Shown: positions 1 to 9,981 of the stretch, one piece after another | How positions within the stretch are numbered: position 1 is the stretch's first letter | Layout of the letters: the number at the start of each line of letters is the position of its first letter | Assembly (NCBI GenBank): GCA_963795075.1 | Contig: CAWCFY010000002.1 | Coordinates: 164,180 to 228,179, forward strand | From: an uncultured Actinomycetota bacterium | GTDB taxonomy: Bacteria; Actinomycetota; Actinomycetes; Propionibacteriales; Nocardioidaceae | Direction of reading: 5' to 3' | DNA length: 64,000 bases | The notes under the pieces: model-generated | Seen by the model: only the letters and a program-made list of their open reading frames with translations | What the model was told of the DNA's origin: nothing | The model's database searches: none | Made by a program: the position numbers and the translations under genes

Positions 1-515
1 TCGTTGAGCGAGCAGTGCGTACGCCGCCCGGTGGCCGGGTCCTCGAGCACGAACATCCACATGCCCGGCGTGACCACCCCGGCCATCGGGCCGACGGTGC
101 TCCGGTGGTGGCACGGCTCCAGCGAGACCGAGGTGCCCGCCTCGAACAGGGCCACCGCGTCCTCCGGGTCCTCGACCAGGCCCTCCAGCGCGGCGCCGGC
201 CATCAGCCCACCGCGCAGCGGGCCGGAGGCGTGCTCCCAGGTGATCGGCGGGCCCGCGTGCAGGAACTCGCCGCGCTGGAGGCCGAGCACCTCGGCGGCC
301 GGGGCCACGTCGACGAGCGTCGCCGTGGAGCCCAGGAACGCGGCCAGCGCCCGGTCGTTGGCGTCGCGGCGCAGCGGGTCGGCCGCCACCGTGGCCAGGT
401 CGGCCTCGGTGCCGGCCACGGGGGGCTGCCAGTCGACGCGGGTGACCTCGACCGCCTGGGCGGACACCGCGTCGGCGAACAGGCCGGCGCCGACGTTGAC
501 CACGTGGGGGCTCAT
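1..515 (-). CDS. DUF1116 (YlbE/AllG-like) protein, C-terminus beyond window edge
   Basis: Hand translation of the minus strand from ATG at 515, with GGAGG 7 nt upstream: MSPHVVNVGAGLFADAVSAQ...EPCHHRSTVGPMAGVVTPGMW. The frame stays open to position 1, so it is absent from the ORF track. Family call is from memory. Confidence 0.55.
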   Translation of the reverse strand, partial: MSPHVVNVGAGLFADAVSAQAVEVTRVDWQPPVAGTEADLATVAADPLRRDANDRALAAFLGSTATLVDVAPAAEVLGLQRGEFLHAGPPITWEHASGPLRGGLMAGAALEGLVEDPEDAVALFEAGTSVSLEPCHHRSTVGPMAGVVTPGMWMFVLEDPATGRRTHCSLN

Positions 516-1985
516 GACCGGACCTCCGAGCAGCTCGACCGCGCGCCGGGTGGCGGCGGCGTTGGACAGGTGGACCTCGGCTCCCGCCTCGGCGAGCTGG
601 GACACCTGCCGGTCGAGGTCCTGCGGGTCGGCGCCGGTGCCGACGACGGCGACCACGACGGGCTGCCGGACGCGGGCGAGGACCGGGGCGAGCGCGGCCG
701 CCGGGTCGGGCTCGGCGCCGTGGCCGAGCACCACGTCGAGCAGGATCACCGCGGTCCGGTCGTCGGCCGCGGCGCGGGCGAGGTGCTCGAGGCGCAGCGA
801 GGGGTCGATCATCGGGTGCGCCCGCCCCGCGGTCAGCCCGTCGTCACCGAAGTCGACCATCGTGTGCGCGTCGAGGAGGTCGCCGTGGGGGTCGAGCGCC
901 AGCTCGGGCGAGAGCGGGATGTTGCTGCGCACCTCACCCAGGCCGGCGGCGGCAACGAGCATGGCCTCGTCGCACAGCGTGCCGCCGACGAACAGCCCCC
1001 GCAGCCACCGGCCGCCGGCGTGCTCCCGGGGTGCGGAAGGCAGGGTGGTCGGCCACGTCGGGACCGGGCGGCCGAGCCGGGCGAGGACGGACTCCGCAGC
1101 GGCGGTGAGGTCCGGCTGCCCGGGGCCGAGCAGCGCGAGCTCGACCGGGGTGGTCAGCGTGGCCGCGTGGGCCCGCACCACCTCGGCCACGGTGTCGGCG
1201 GGCGGCTTGGAGACGACCACGACGAGCTCCACGGCCGGGTCGGCGTCGAGCCGGTCGAGGGCCACCAGGGTGGCGGCACCGCCGACGTCGGTCGACAGGT
1301 CGCGGCCACCCACCCCCAGGGCCGAGGTGACTCCGACCCCGGCATGGTCGAGCAGGGCCAGCAGCTGCTGGCAGCCGGTGCCGGAGGCGGCGACCAGACC
1401 CACCGGGCCGGGCTGCACGGTGTTGGCGAAGCCGAGCCCCAGCCCGTCGACGACGGCGGTGCCGCAGTCGGGACCCATGACGAGCAGCCCGCGCTCGGCG
1501 GCCACCTGCTTGAGGGCGACCTCCTGCTCGACGGGCACGTTGTCGCTGAAGACCATCACGTCGCAGCCGGCGTCGAGGGCGTCCATCGCCTCGACCATTG
1601 CCGACGCGCCGGGCACCGAGACCAGCACCAGGCCGTCGGACACCCCGCGCAGGGCGGTCGCGGTGGTCCGTGGCGGGGCGACGTCGCGCGTCTCCCCGGC
1701 AGGCGTGCGCACCTCGCGCAGCGCGGCGTCGACGGCCGCGAGACCCGCGTCGAGGGCGCCGGGGTCGTCGAGGCGGAGGGCGACCACGAGGTCGTTGGGG
1801 GTCGCCTCGTCCGGCACCGAGAACCCCATCGAGGTGAGCACCTCGAGGTTGAGCGGCGTGGCCATCGCGACCTGGGCGGCGAGGACGCCCTCGGTCGAGG
1901 CGACGGTCCGGCTGACCTGGAGCAGGGTCACCGAGTCGGCGTACGCCCCGGGGCGGAGCTCGACGTGGGTCGTGGGCTCGCTCAT
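516..1985 (-). CDS. fdrA: FdrA-like (AllF) NDP-forming acyl-CoA-synthetase-type protein
   Basis: Minus-strand ATG at 1985 overlaps (ATGA) the stop of the upstream DUF2877 ORF. Hand translation: MSEPTTHVELRPGAYADSVTLLQVSR...VMVFSDNVPVEQEVALKQVAAERGLLVMGPDCGTAVVDG...ASGTGCQQL. There is no in-frame stop before the DUF1116 ATG at 515. Confidence 0.65.
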
Positions 1986-2673
1986 GCGGCCATCATGCTC
2001 GCCGCGATCTCGGCCGCGGCCCACCGGGCGCCCTCGAGCAGCCCGGAGCCGGTGGAGTGCCCCACTCCGAGGAGGCCGGCCTCGGCGAGCGGCAGGTCCG
2101 GGGTGCCCAGCGCGCGGAGGTACGCCGCGAACTGCGGCAGCACCTCGCCGTGCCGGGCGCAGTCCAGCAGGGTGGCCGACAGCAGCGTCGTGCGGGCGGT
2201 GGCTGCCCGGGTCGCCTCGTCGACGGCCGGGGTCGGCAGGCCGGCTGCCCGGTGCAGCGCCAACCATCCGCAGATCACGTCGTCGCCGCGCGGGGTGAGT
2301 CCGTCACCGGCGCCGAGGAGGTCAGGCACCCGGCGGCCAGGGGATCGGGCCGCCGGGACCCGCGGGCAGGTCCGCCGTGCGGACCCGGGGCACGGTCACG
2401 GAGTGCAAGACGACCCACGACCAACGGGACGCCGGAGAGGTGCAGCACGCCGGCGCGCACCTCGGCCGGTCCGCCGCCCAGCCGGCCCAGGTCGGGGCTG
2501 CGGGTGAGCAGGGCACACGGGACCCGGGTGGCGTGCTGGTCCACGACGCCGACGCACCAGCCGTCGAGGTCGACGTACACCGCGTGGGCCCCCCGGTGCA
2601 CCACCGGGACCGGTCCGTCGGCCGCGTCCGAGAGCCGCGCGTGGACGCGCGGCGGGGCGCTGGCGGGGATCAC
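1982..2673 (-). pseudogene. DUF2877 (YlbF/AllH-like) protein, frame-disrupted
   Basis: Two track ORFs in different frames, 2275..2673 and 1982..2329. The second carries LLGAGDGLTPRGDDVICGWL, a GLTPxGDD motif typical of DUF2877. The frame switch lies somewhere in 2330-2420. Confidence 0.6.
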
Positions 2674-2749
2674 AGCACCCGACGCTAGTCCTGCGGGTTA
2701 CCGTTTGCCGACGTGAGGTTGTGCCAACGATCTCGACAGGGGAGTGCAC

Positions 2750-4060
2750 ATGTTGCCAGCCGTGGCGGGCGCCGGAGGCGTTCAGGGTGCCAGCGCGGCA
2801 CTGGCCCGGGTGGACGCCCTGCACACCGCGCTGACCGAGATCGTGCTCGAGGGCGGCGACCTCGACCGGATCGCCGCCGAGGTGGCCCGGGTGCTGGACC
2901 TCGCGGTCGTGGTCACCTCCACCGACGGGCGCGAGCAGGCGTCGGCGGCGAGCCCCGAGGTCCGCGCCTCGCTGGCGGCCGAGCACCTGCTCGACGAGAC
3001 CGGCCGGATCCGGGTCGAGCGCATCGAGGAGGGCGGCGGCCATCCGCTGGGTCTCGGCGAGGTGCGGTCCCTGCGCGTGGTCGCCGGGGGAGCCGACCTC
3101 GGGCGGCTGGTGTGCCTGCGGGCCACCGCGCCGATCGCGACCGCCGACGTGCACGCCCTCGAGCGTGCGGCAGCGGTGGCCGCGCTGCTGATCACCCGTG
3201 AGCAGGCCGTCACGGCGGTGGAGAACAAGTACCAGGGCGACTTCCTGCGCGACGTGTTCCTCCGCCGGGCCGGTGGTGAGCAGTACGTCGCCGAGCACGC
3301 CGACACCTTCGGCTGGAACCTGCGCCGCCCCGTCGTCGTCGTGGTGGCCGAGCTCGACCCGCCGCTGCCGGAGGAGGAGCCGGTCGCCCGCGAGGTCCGC
3401 CGCGCCTGGCAGGAGCGCTTCTCCGCGGCCTGGGCCCAGGTCGCCCGGTCGCTGGACCCGACGATCCCGAGCGTCGACTTCTCCTCCGAGGTGGTCACCC
3501 TGCTCCCGCTCAGCGACACCGGCGAGCAGCCGGTCGCCGGGCACGCGGTCGTCGAGCGGGTGGTGCGCGAGGTCTCCGGCGACAAGGGCGGTGGCCGGCG
3601 GCCGTTCTCGGTCGGGGTGAGCCGGGCCGCGGGCAGCCTCGACGGCCTGCCGGCGGCGTACGGCCAGGCCCGGCGGGCGGTCGAGGTGGGCCGGTGGGTG
3701 GACGGCGGCGGCTCCCGCGCCTACTTCGACCAGCTGGGCGTGCACCGGCTGATCGCGCTGGTGCCCGACCGCAGCGAGCTGCGCGCCTTCGTCACCGACG
3801 TGCTCGGCCCGCTCGCGGAGGAGACCACCGAGGCGCGGGACCTGCGCGAGACGCTGCAGGTGCTGCTGGACACGAACTTCAACGTCGCCGAGGCGGCCCG
3901 GCTGCAGTTCTTCCACTACAACACGATGCGCTACCGGGTGGGCAAGCTCGAGCGACTCCTCGGCCCGCTGTCCCGGGACCCGCACCTGCGCCTCGACGTG
4001 GCGGTGGCGCTGCGGGTGCTGGAGGTCCTGTCCGGACCGGTGGACTGGTCCAGACCGTGA
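2750..4060 (+). CDS. PucR-family transcriptional regulator
   Basis: Track ORF 2744..4060. ATG at 2750 lies 5 nt after GGGGAG. The C-terminal sequence LLDTNFNVAEAARLQFFHYNTMRYRVGKLERLLG matches the PucR C-terminal HTH. Confidence 0.8.
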   Translation: MLPAVAGAGGVQGASAALARVDALHTALTEIVLEGGDLDRIAAEVARVLDLAVVVTSTDGREQASAASPEVRASLAAEHLLDETGRIRVERIEEGGGHPLGLGEVRSLRVVAGGADLGRLVCLRATAPIATADVHALERAAAVAALLITREQAVTAVENKYQGDFLRDVFLRRAGGEQYVAEHADTFGWNLRRPVVVVVAELDPPLPEEEPVAREVRRAWQERFSAAWAQVARSLDPTIPSVDFSSEVVTLLPLSDTGEQPVAGHAVVERVVREVSGDKGGGRRPFSVGVSRAAGSLDGLPAAYGQARRAVEVGRWVDGGGSRAYFDQLGVHRLIALVPDRSELRAFVTDVLGPLAEETTEARDLRETLQVLLDTNFNVAEAARLQFFHYNTMRYRVGKLERLLGPLSRDPHLRLDVAVALRVLEVLSGPVDWSRP

Positions 4061-4176
4061 CCAGATAGTTGCCATGGCCACCGGCGTTCCTTTGGCACCA
4101 CTCGCCGTCGTCGCGGTCTCATGGGCCTCATTAGGTTGTGGTTCTCTCGGTGACCACCGAGCGAGGAGGCAGTGCC

Positions 4177-5553
4177 ATGGCGTCGTTGTTCAAGTGGGAC
4201 GTGGTCCATCCCGCGCCGGGTGAGGCGGTCGCGCCGCACCAGCGCCTGACCTGGGGCCGGACCGCCGGCCTCGGAGCCCAGCACGTGGTCGCGATGTTCG
4301 GTGCGACCTTCGTGTTCCCGCTGGTGATGGGGCTCGACCCCAACCTGGCGATCATGTTCTCCGGGATCTGCACGATCCTGTTCCTGCTGATCTGCAGCAA
4401 CAAGGTGCCGAGCTACCTCGGCACCAGCGCCTCGTTCGTGGCCAGCGTCGCGGCGATCCGCTCGCAGGGCGGTGACTCCTCCGACGTGACCGGCGCGATC
4501 ATGATCGCCGGCATCGTGCTGCTCCTGGTCGGCGTGCTGGTGCACTTCTCCGGGACCGGCACGATCCACAAGATCCTGCCGCCGGCGGTGACCGGCGCGG
4601 TGGTCATGCTGATCGGCTTCAACCTGGCCCCGGTGGTCGCCGAGATCTACTGGCCCCAGGACCAGTGGGTGGCGCTGCTGACCGCCACCTTCATGATCTG
4701 CGCGGCGGTGCTGTTCCCGGGCTTCTGGTCCCGGATCGCGGTGTTCCTCGCGCTGATCTTCGGCTACGTCGTCTCCTGGCTCTTCGACGGCGTCTTCGGC
4801 CAGATCAACTCGCCCAACTCGCTGAACAACTTCGCCGTCGAGGAGCACGACCGGGTCACCTGGGCCGGGGTGCAGGCCGCCGACTGGATCGGCTTCCCGA
4901 GCGGGACGCTGGCCGACGGCGTCTCGGTGGTGCACGGCCCGAGCTTCTCGCTGACGTTCGTGCTGCTCGTGCTGCCCGGCGTGATCGCGCTCGTCGCCGA
5001 GAACACCGGCCACGTCAAGGCGGTCGCGGAGATGACCGGCGACGACCTCGACCCCTACATGGGCCGCGCGATCGGGGCGGACGGGTTCGCGACCGCGCTC
5101 GCCAGCGCGTTCGGCGGCTCGCCGACCACGACGTACGCCGAGAACATCGGGGTCATGGGCGCGACCCGGGTCTACTCGACCGCGGCCTACTACGTCGCCG
5201 CGGGCGTGGCCATCCTGCTCGGGCTGTGCCCCAAGTTCGGCGCCGTGGTCAGTGCCACCCCCGGTGGCGTTCTGGGTGGGATCACCGTGGTGCTCTACGG
5301 CATGATCGGACTGGTGGGAGCCAAGATCTGGGTGGAGAACCGGGTCGACTTCGGTCGTCCGGTCAACCTGGTGGGGCTGGCCGCCGGCATCATCGCCGGC
5401 ATCGGTGGCGTGACGTTGAAGTTCAGCGACGACTTCGAGCTCAGCGGCATCGCGCTCGGCACGATCCTGGTGATCGCCTACTTCCACCTGGTGGGCTCGG
5501 GCCGACGGTCCGGGGACGAACGCGGCGCCGACGAGGTGACCAAGGCCCTGTGA
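4177..5553 (+). CDS. NCS2/NAT-family nucleobase:cation symporter, UraA/RutG-like
   Basis: Track ORF 4138..5553. ATG at 4177 follows GAGGAGG. The protein is polytopic, with QHVVAMFGATFVFPL and AENTGHVKAV (E-x-x-G-H as in uracil permease, rather than the Q-N-x-G of xanthine permeases). Confidence 0.85.
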   Translation: MASLFKWDVVHPAPGEAVAPHQRLTWGRTAGLGAQHVVAMFGATFVFPLVMGLDPNLAIMFSGICTILFLLICSNKVPSYLGTSASFVASVAAIRSQGGDSSDVTGAIMIAGIVLLLVGVLVHFSGTGTIHKILPPAVTGAVVMLIGFNLAPVVAEIYWPQDQWVALLTATFMICAAVLFPGFWSRIAVFLALIFGYVVSWLFDGVFGQINSPNSLNNFAVEEHDRVTWAGVQAADWIGFPSGTLADGVSVVHGPSFSLTFVLLVLPGVIALVAENTGHVKAVAEMTGDDLDPYMGRAIGADGFATALASAFGGSPTTTYAENIGVMGATRVYSTAAYYVAAGVAILLGLCPKFGAVVSATPGGVLGGITVVLYGMIGLVGAKIWVENRVDFGRPVNLVGLAAGIIAGIGGVTLKFSDDFELSGIALGTILVIAYFHLVGSGRRSGDERGADEVTKAL

Positions 5554-6440
5554 AGCCAGCACCGTTCGACTATCTCCGGCCGGGGTCGCTCGCCGAGGCG
5601 ACGACGGCCCTGGCCGGGGAGCCGAACGCGAAGGTGCTCGCGGGAGGGCAGAGCCTGATCCCGCTGCTGTCGATGCGGCTGGCCGCGCCCACGCTGCTCG
5701 TCGACATCAACGGGCTGCCCGACCTGGCCGGCATCGAGGTCACCGACGCCGGCGTGCGGGTCGGTGCGCTGGCCCGGCACGCCGACGTGCTCGCCTCGGC
5801 CGAGGTACGCCGCGTGCAGCCGCTGGTCTCGCTGGCCCTGGCGCACGTGGCCCACGCCACGATCCGCAACCGGGGCACCACGGTCGGCTCGATCGTGCAC
5901 GCCGACGCGGCCGCGGAGATGCCGGTGGTGCTCACCCTGCTCGGCGGGTCGGTCGACGCCGAGTCGTCGGCCGGTCGACGGACCGTCGCCGCCGCGGACC
6001 TCTTCCTCGGGCCGCTGGAGACCTCGCTGCGCCACGACGAGGTCGCCGTCTCGGCATGGTTCCCGGCCCTCGACCCCGGGGCCGGAGTCGGCTTCGAGGA
6101 GGTCGCGCGCCGGCACGGCGACTACGCCATGTGCGGGGTGGCCGCGGTCGTGCACGTCGAGGACGAGACCGTCACCCGGGCGCACGCCGGGTACGTCTCG
6201 GTCGGCGAGGTCCCGGTCGTCGTCGACCTGACCCCCGCCTTCGCGGACGGCAGCGGTGACCCGGCGTACGTGCGAGCGGGCGAGCTGGCCCTGGACTCGC
6301 TCGACCCGGTCGAGGACCTGCACGCCACCGCGGCGTACCGCGCCCAGCTGGTCCGGGTGCTGACCGCGCGGGTCCTGCGCGCCGCCCACCAGGACGCGCG
6401 CGCACGCGCCGGCGCCGACCCGATCGGGAGGACCGGATGA
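5550..6440 (+). CDS. Molybdenum hydroxylase FAD-binding (medium, CoxM/XdhB-like) subunit
   Basis: GTG at 5550 overlaps the permease stop (GTGA). Translation: VKPAPFDYLRPGSLAEA...LAGGQSLIPLLSMRLAAPTLLVDINGL. Confidence 0.85.
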   Translation: MKPAPFDYLRPGSLAEATTALAGEPNAKVLAGGQSLIPLLSMRLAAPTLLVDINGLPDLAGIEVTDAGVRVGALARHADVLASAEVRRVQPLVSLALAHVAHATIRNRGTTVGSIVHADAAAEMPVVLTLLGGSVDAESSAGRRTVAAADLFLGPLETSLRHDEVAVSAWFPALDPGAGVGFEEVARRHGDYAMCGVAAVVHVEDETVTRAHAGYVSVGEVPVVVDLTPAFADGSGDPAYVRAGELALDSLDPVEDLHATAAYRAQLVRVLTARVLRAAHQDARARAGADPIGRTG

Positions 6441-6937
6441 GCGAGCAGCTGCACGACGTCCGCCTCGTCGTCAACGGAGCCGCCCACGACCTGCGGGTGC
6501 CGGCCCGCCGGCTGCTCTCCGACGCGCTGCGGCACGACCTGCGGCTCACCGGCACCCACGTGGGCTGCGAGCACGGCGTGTGCGGCGCCTGCACGGTGCT
6601 GCTCGACGGTCGGCCCACGCGGTCGTGCCTGGTGCTCGCGGTGTCGGCGCACGGCGCGGAGGTCACCACGGTCGAGGGGCTGACCGAGGCCGACGGCTCG
6701 CTCGGCCCGGTGCAGCAGGCGTTCGCCGAGTGCCACGGCCTGCAGTGCGGGTTCTGCACGCCGGGCTTCCTGACCACGATCACCGCCGGTCTGCGCGACA
6801 ACCCGCAGCCGTCGCGGGCCGAGGCCAAGGAGATGGTGGCCGGCAACCTGTGCCGCTGCACCGGCTACCAGAACATCGTCGCGGCCGTCGAGCGCGCCGC
6901 CGAGATCGCCGGTGGGATCGCCGGTGAGCGCGGATGA
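6437..6937 (+). CDS. Molybdenum hydroxylase (2Fe-2S)-binding small subunit (CoxS-like)
   Basis: ATGA overlap with the upstream gene. Contains CEHGVCGACTV and CGFCTPGF cysteine clusters. Confidence 0.9.
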   Translation: MSEQLHDVRLVVNGAAHDLRVPARRLLSDALRHDLRLTGTHVGCEHGVCGACTVLLDGRPTRSCLVLAVSAHGAEVTTVEGLTEADGSLGPVQQAFAECHGLQCGFCTPGFLTTITAGLRDNPQPSRAEAKEMVAGNLCRCTGYQNIVAAVERAAEIAGGIAGERG

Positions 6938-9360
6938 CCACCAAGCTCTTCGGCACCCCGGTGCAGCGGGTCGAGGACCAGCGGCTCCTGCGCGGCCTGG
7001 GCCGCTACGCCGACGACGTCGCCGTCGGCCCGGGCACGCTGCACGCCGCGGTGCTGCGCTCACCGCACGCCCACGCCCGCATCGTCGACATCGACGTCGG
7101 TGACGTGCTCGACGTCGACGGCGTGCACGCGGTGTGGACCCACGAGGACCTCACCGGCCCGATGGCCGAGCCGCTGCCCCTGCTGATCCCGCACCCGACG
7201 CTGACCCAGGGCCGCACGCAGTACGCGCTGGCGAAGGACGAGGTCAACTACGTCGGCGAGGCGGTCGCCTTCGTCGTCGCGGAGGACCGCTACCTCGCCG
7301 AGGACGCCGTCGACCGGATCCACGTCACCTGGCAGGTGCTCGAGCCGGTCGTGGGTCTCGAGCAGGCCCGGGCCGCCACCCGGCTCGTGCACGACGACGT
7401 GCCCGGCAACGTCGGCGCCCGGATGGAGCAGCACAACGGCGACGCGCCCGCGGCGGTGGCCTCGGCGCCGCACCGGCTCGAGCTCGACCTGACCATCGAG
7501 CGCAGCGCGTCGACGCCGCTGGAGGGGCGCGGCACGGTGGCCCGCTGGGACCCCGACATCAACCGGCTGCAGGTGTGGAGCTCGACGCAGACCTCGACCG
7601 GGGTGCGGGCCGTGGTGGCCACCAAGCTCGGGCTCGACCTCGCGCAGGTCGACGTGATCACGCCCGACGTCGGCGGCGGCTTCGGGGTGAAGATCAACCA
7701 CCCGTGGCCCGAGGAGCTGCTCGTCCCGCTGGCTGCGCGGACGCTCGGCCGGACGGTGAAGTTCACCGAGGACCGGCGCGAGCACTTCATCTCCTCCGCC
7801 CACGAGCGCGGGCAGGTCCACCACGTCGAGGTGGGCTTCGACGACGAGGGCCGGCTGCTCGGCCTCGACGTGCAGTTCTGGCACGACCACGGCGCGTACA
7901 CGCCGTACGGGCTGATCGTGCCGATCATCACCTCGACCCAGCTGCTCGGCCCCTACAAGCCGAAGAGCTACCGGGTCGTCTTCGAGTCGCTCTACACCAA
8001 CACGGTGATGGTCACGCCCTACCGTGGCGCCGGCCGGCCGCAGGGGTGCTACGTGATGGAGCGGACCATGGACGCGATCGCCGCGCACCTCGGCAAGGAC
8101 CGCGCCGACGTCCGCGCGGTCAACTTCATCCAGCCCGAGGAGTTCCCCTACGACCACGGGCTGGTCTTCCAGGACGGCCGCGAGCTGGAGTACGACTCCG
8201 GCGACTACCCGGCGCTGCTGACCAAGATCAAGGACCTCATCGCCTGGGACGAGTTCCCCGCGTTCCAGGCCGAGATGGCCGCCGAGGGACGCCGGGTCGG
8301 ACTCGGCCTCGCCTGCTACGTCGAGGGCACCGGCGTCGGTCCCTACGAGGGGGCGCACGTGCACGTGGAGACCTCGGGCAAGGTCAAGGTGGCCACCGGG
8401 CTGACCACCCAGGGGCAGGGGCACGCCACCGTGCTGGCCCAGCTCGTCGCCGACGAGCTCGGCTGCCGGTTCGAGGACGTCGAGGTGGTCACCGGCGACA
8501 CCCGGCGGATGCCGTACGCCGTCGGGACGTTCGCCTCCCGGGCGGCGGTGATGAGCGGCTCGGCGGTGCACCTGGCGGCCCAGCGCGCCAGGGAGAAGGT
8601 GCTCCAGATCGCCTCCGAGGCGCTGGAGGTCGACCCGGCGGACCTGCAGATCGCCGACGGCGTGGTCTCGGTGAAGGGGGCCCCCGGTGCCTCGATCGAC
8701 CTCGGCACGGTCTCGGTGCTCTCCAACCCGCTGCGCTACGCCTTCGACGAGGCGTCCAAGGCGGCCACCCAGTTCTCCGTCGGCGACCCGGGCAAGCCGC
8801 CGGTGCCCGAGGACGAGGAGCCGGGCCTGGAGGGCCGCGACTTCTACTCCCCGGAGCGGGCGACCTTCGCCGCCGGGATGCACGCGGTGATCGTGGAGAC
8901 CGACCCGGAGACCGCGGAGATCACGATCCTGAAGTACGCCGTGGTCCACGACTGCGGCAACCTGATCAACCCGATGATCGTCGAGGGCCAGATCCACGGC
9001 GGCGTCGCCCAGGGCGTGGGCGGCGCGCTCTACGAGCGGATGGCCTACGACGAGAACGGGCAGCTGCAGAACGCCTCGTTCATGGACTTCTTGATGCCCT
9101 ACGTCACCGAGGTCCCCGACACCATCGACATCGACCACCTCCAGACCCCCTCCCCGCTGAACCCGCTCGGCATCAAGGGCGCCGGGGAGGCCGGGGTGAT
9201 CCCCTCCGCAGCGGTCTTCGCCGCCGCGATCGAGGACGCCGAGGGCATCGCGATCACCGCGATGCCGATCTCGCCCTCCGACCTGTTCACCCTGCGCCAG
9301 TCGTCGCTCGACGCGGGCGCGCAGGGTCCGTCTCGAGACCACCCCGAGGAGACCCGATGA
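6934..9360 (+). CDS. Molybdopterin-binding large subunit, xanthine dehydrogenase family (form-II CoxL-like)
   Basis: 808 aa. Contains GGGFGVK and VTPYRGAGRPQG (the AYRGAGR-type motif, not the AYxCSFR of true CO dehydrogenase). Start is translationally coupled (ATGA). Confidence 0.9.
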   Translation: MTTKLFGTPVQRVEDQRLLRGLGRYADDVAVGPGTLHAAVLRSPHAHARIVDIDVGDVLDVDGVHAVWTHEDLTGPMAEPLPLLIPHPTLTQGRTQYALAKDEVNYVGEAVAFVVAEDRYLAEDAVDRIHVTWQVLEPVVGLEQARAATRLVHDDVPGNVGARMEQHNGDAPAAVASAPHRLELDLTIERSASTPLEGRGTVARWDPDINRLQVWSSTQTSTGVRAVVATKLGLDLAQVDVITPDVGGGFGVKINHPWPEELLVPLAARTLGRTVKFTEDRREHFISSAHERGQVHHVEVGFDDEGRLLGLDVQFWHDHGAYTPYGLIVPIITSTQLLGPYKPKSYRVVFESLYTNTVMVTPYRGAGRPQGCYVMERTMDAIAAHLGKDRADVRAVNFIQPEEFPYDHGLVFQDGRELEYDSGDYPALLTKIKDLIAWDEFPAFQAEMAAEGRRVGLGLACYVEGTGVGPYEGAHVHVETSGKVKVATGLTTQGQGHATVLAQLVADELGCRFEDVEVVTGDTRRMPYAVGTFASRAAVMSGSAVHLAAQRAREKVLQIASEALEVDPADLQIADGVVSVKGAPGASIDLGTVSVLSNPLRYAFDEASKAATQFSVGDPGKPPVPEDEEPGLEGRDFYSPERATFAAGMHAVIVETDPETAEITILKYAVVHDCGNLINPMIVEGQIHGGVAQGVGGALYERMAYDENGQLQNASFMDFLMPYVTEVPDTIDIDHLQTPSPLNPLGIKGAGEAGVIPSAAVFAAAIEDAEGIAITAMPISPSDLFTLRQSSLDAGAQGPSRDHPEETR

Positions 9361-9974
9361 AGATCAGCGGCGAGGCCGTCCTGCACGCCCCGGTCGAGCG
9401 GGTCTGGGACGCGGTGCTCGACCCCACCGTGCTGGTGCGCACGATCCCGGGCTGCGAACGGCTCGAGTCCGCGGGGGAGCACGCCTACTCGATGACGGTC
9501 ACCGCCGGGGTCGCGTCGATCCGGGGCACCTACGCCGGCTCGTGCGTGCTCTCCGACCTGCAGCCGCACGAGTCGCTGCTGATGAAGCTCGAGGGGTCCG
9601 GTGCGCCGGGCACGATCGGGGCCGACGTACGCGTCGGGTTCCGCGACGGCGGCGACGGCACCACCACGCTCAGCTACGACGCCGAGGCCGTCGTCGGCGG
9701 CATGGTCGGCGGCGTCGGCCAGCGGATGCTGACCAGCGTCTCGCGGCGGATGGCGGCGGAGTTCTTCGGCAACATCGACGCGGTGCTCACCGGCACGGCG
9801 GCGCCGCCCGCGGTGGAGGTGTCGGCTGCCGCCTCGGGCGAGGGCCAGGTGTTCACCGCACCCGCGGGTGCCGCGTCCGGGGCGCCGAGCCAGGACTTCT
9901 ACCGCGGGGTGGCCGTGGGGGCCGGTCTGGTGCTGCTGGGCGTCGCCGCCGGCGTGGTGCTCGGCCGCCGGTGA
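9357..9974 (+). CDS. CoxG-like SRPBCC protein with C-terminal TM anchor
   Basis: ATG at 9357 overlaps the large-subunit stop. Translation: MKISGEAVLHAPVERVWDAVLDPTVLVRTIPGCERLE..., with a hydrophobic tail GVAVGAGLVLLGVAAGVVLG. Confidence 0.75.
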   Translation: MKISGEAVLHAPVERVWDAVLDPTVLVRTIPGCERLESAGEHAYSMTVTAGVASIRGTYAGSCVLSDLQPHESLLMKLEGSGAPGTIGADVRVGFRDGGDGTTTLSYDAEAVVGGMVGGVGQRMLTSVSRRMAAEFFGNIDAVLTGTAAPPAVEVSAAASGEGQVFTAPAGAASGAPSQDFYRGVAVGAGLVLLGVAAGVVLGRR

Positions 9975-9981
9975 GCCGGCG

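Noticed and set aside
4-2507. Very long plus-strand ORFs (4..2298, 764 aa; 15..2507, 830 aa). Similar giants occur elsewhere: 2396..4081, 3931..5562, 7060..9342, 10221..12545, 22601..24118, 25039..26889, 42068..44179, 44044..45993 and 61291..63123.
   Set aside because: - Their translations are Arg/Gly/Pro/Ala-rich low-complexity strings typical of off-frame or antisense reading in about 70% GC DNA.
- Each lies opposite, or out of frame with, a gene that has clear family motifs.
6934-9360. Annotating the Mo enzyme as aerobic carbon monoxide dehydrogenase (CoxL).
   Set aside because: - The active-site loop reads PYRGAGR, not the AYxCSFR signature of bona fide form-I CODH.
- The context (nucleobase permease, PucR, amidase) points to N-heterocycle hydroxylation.
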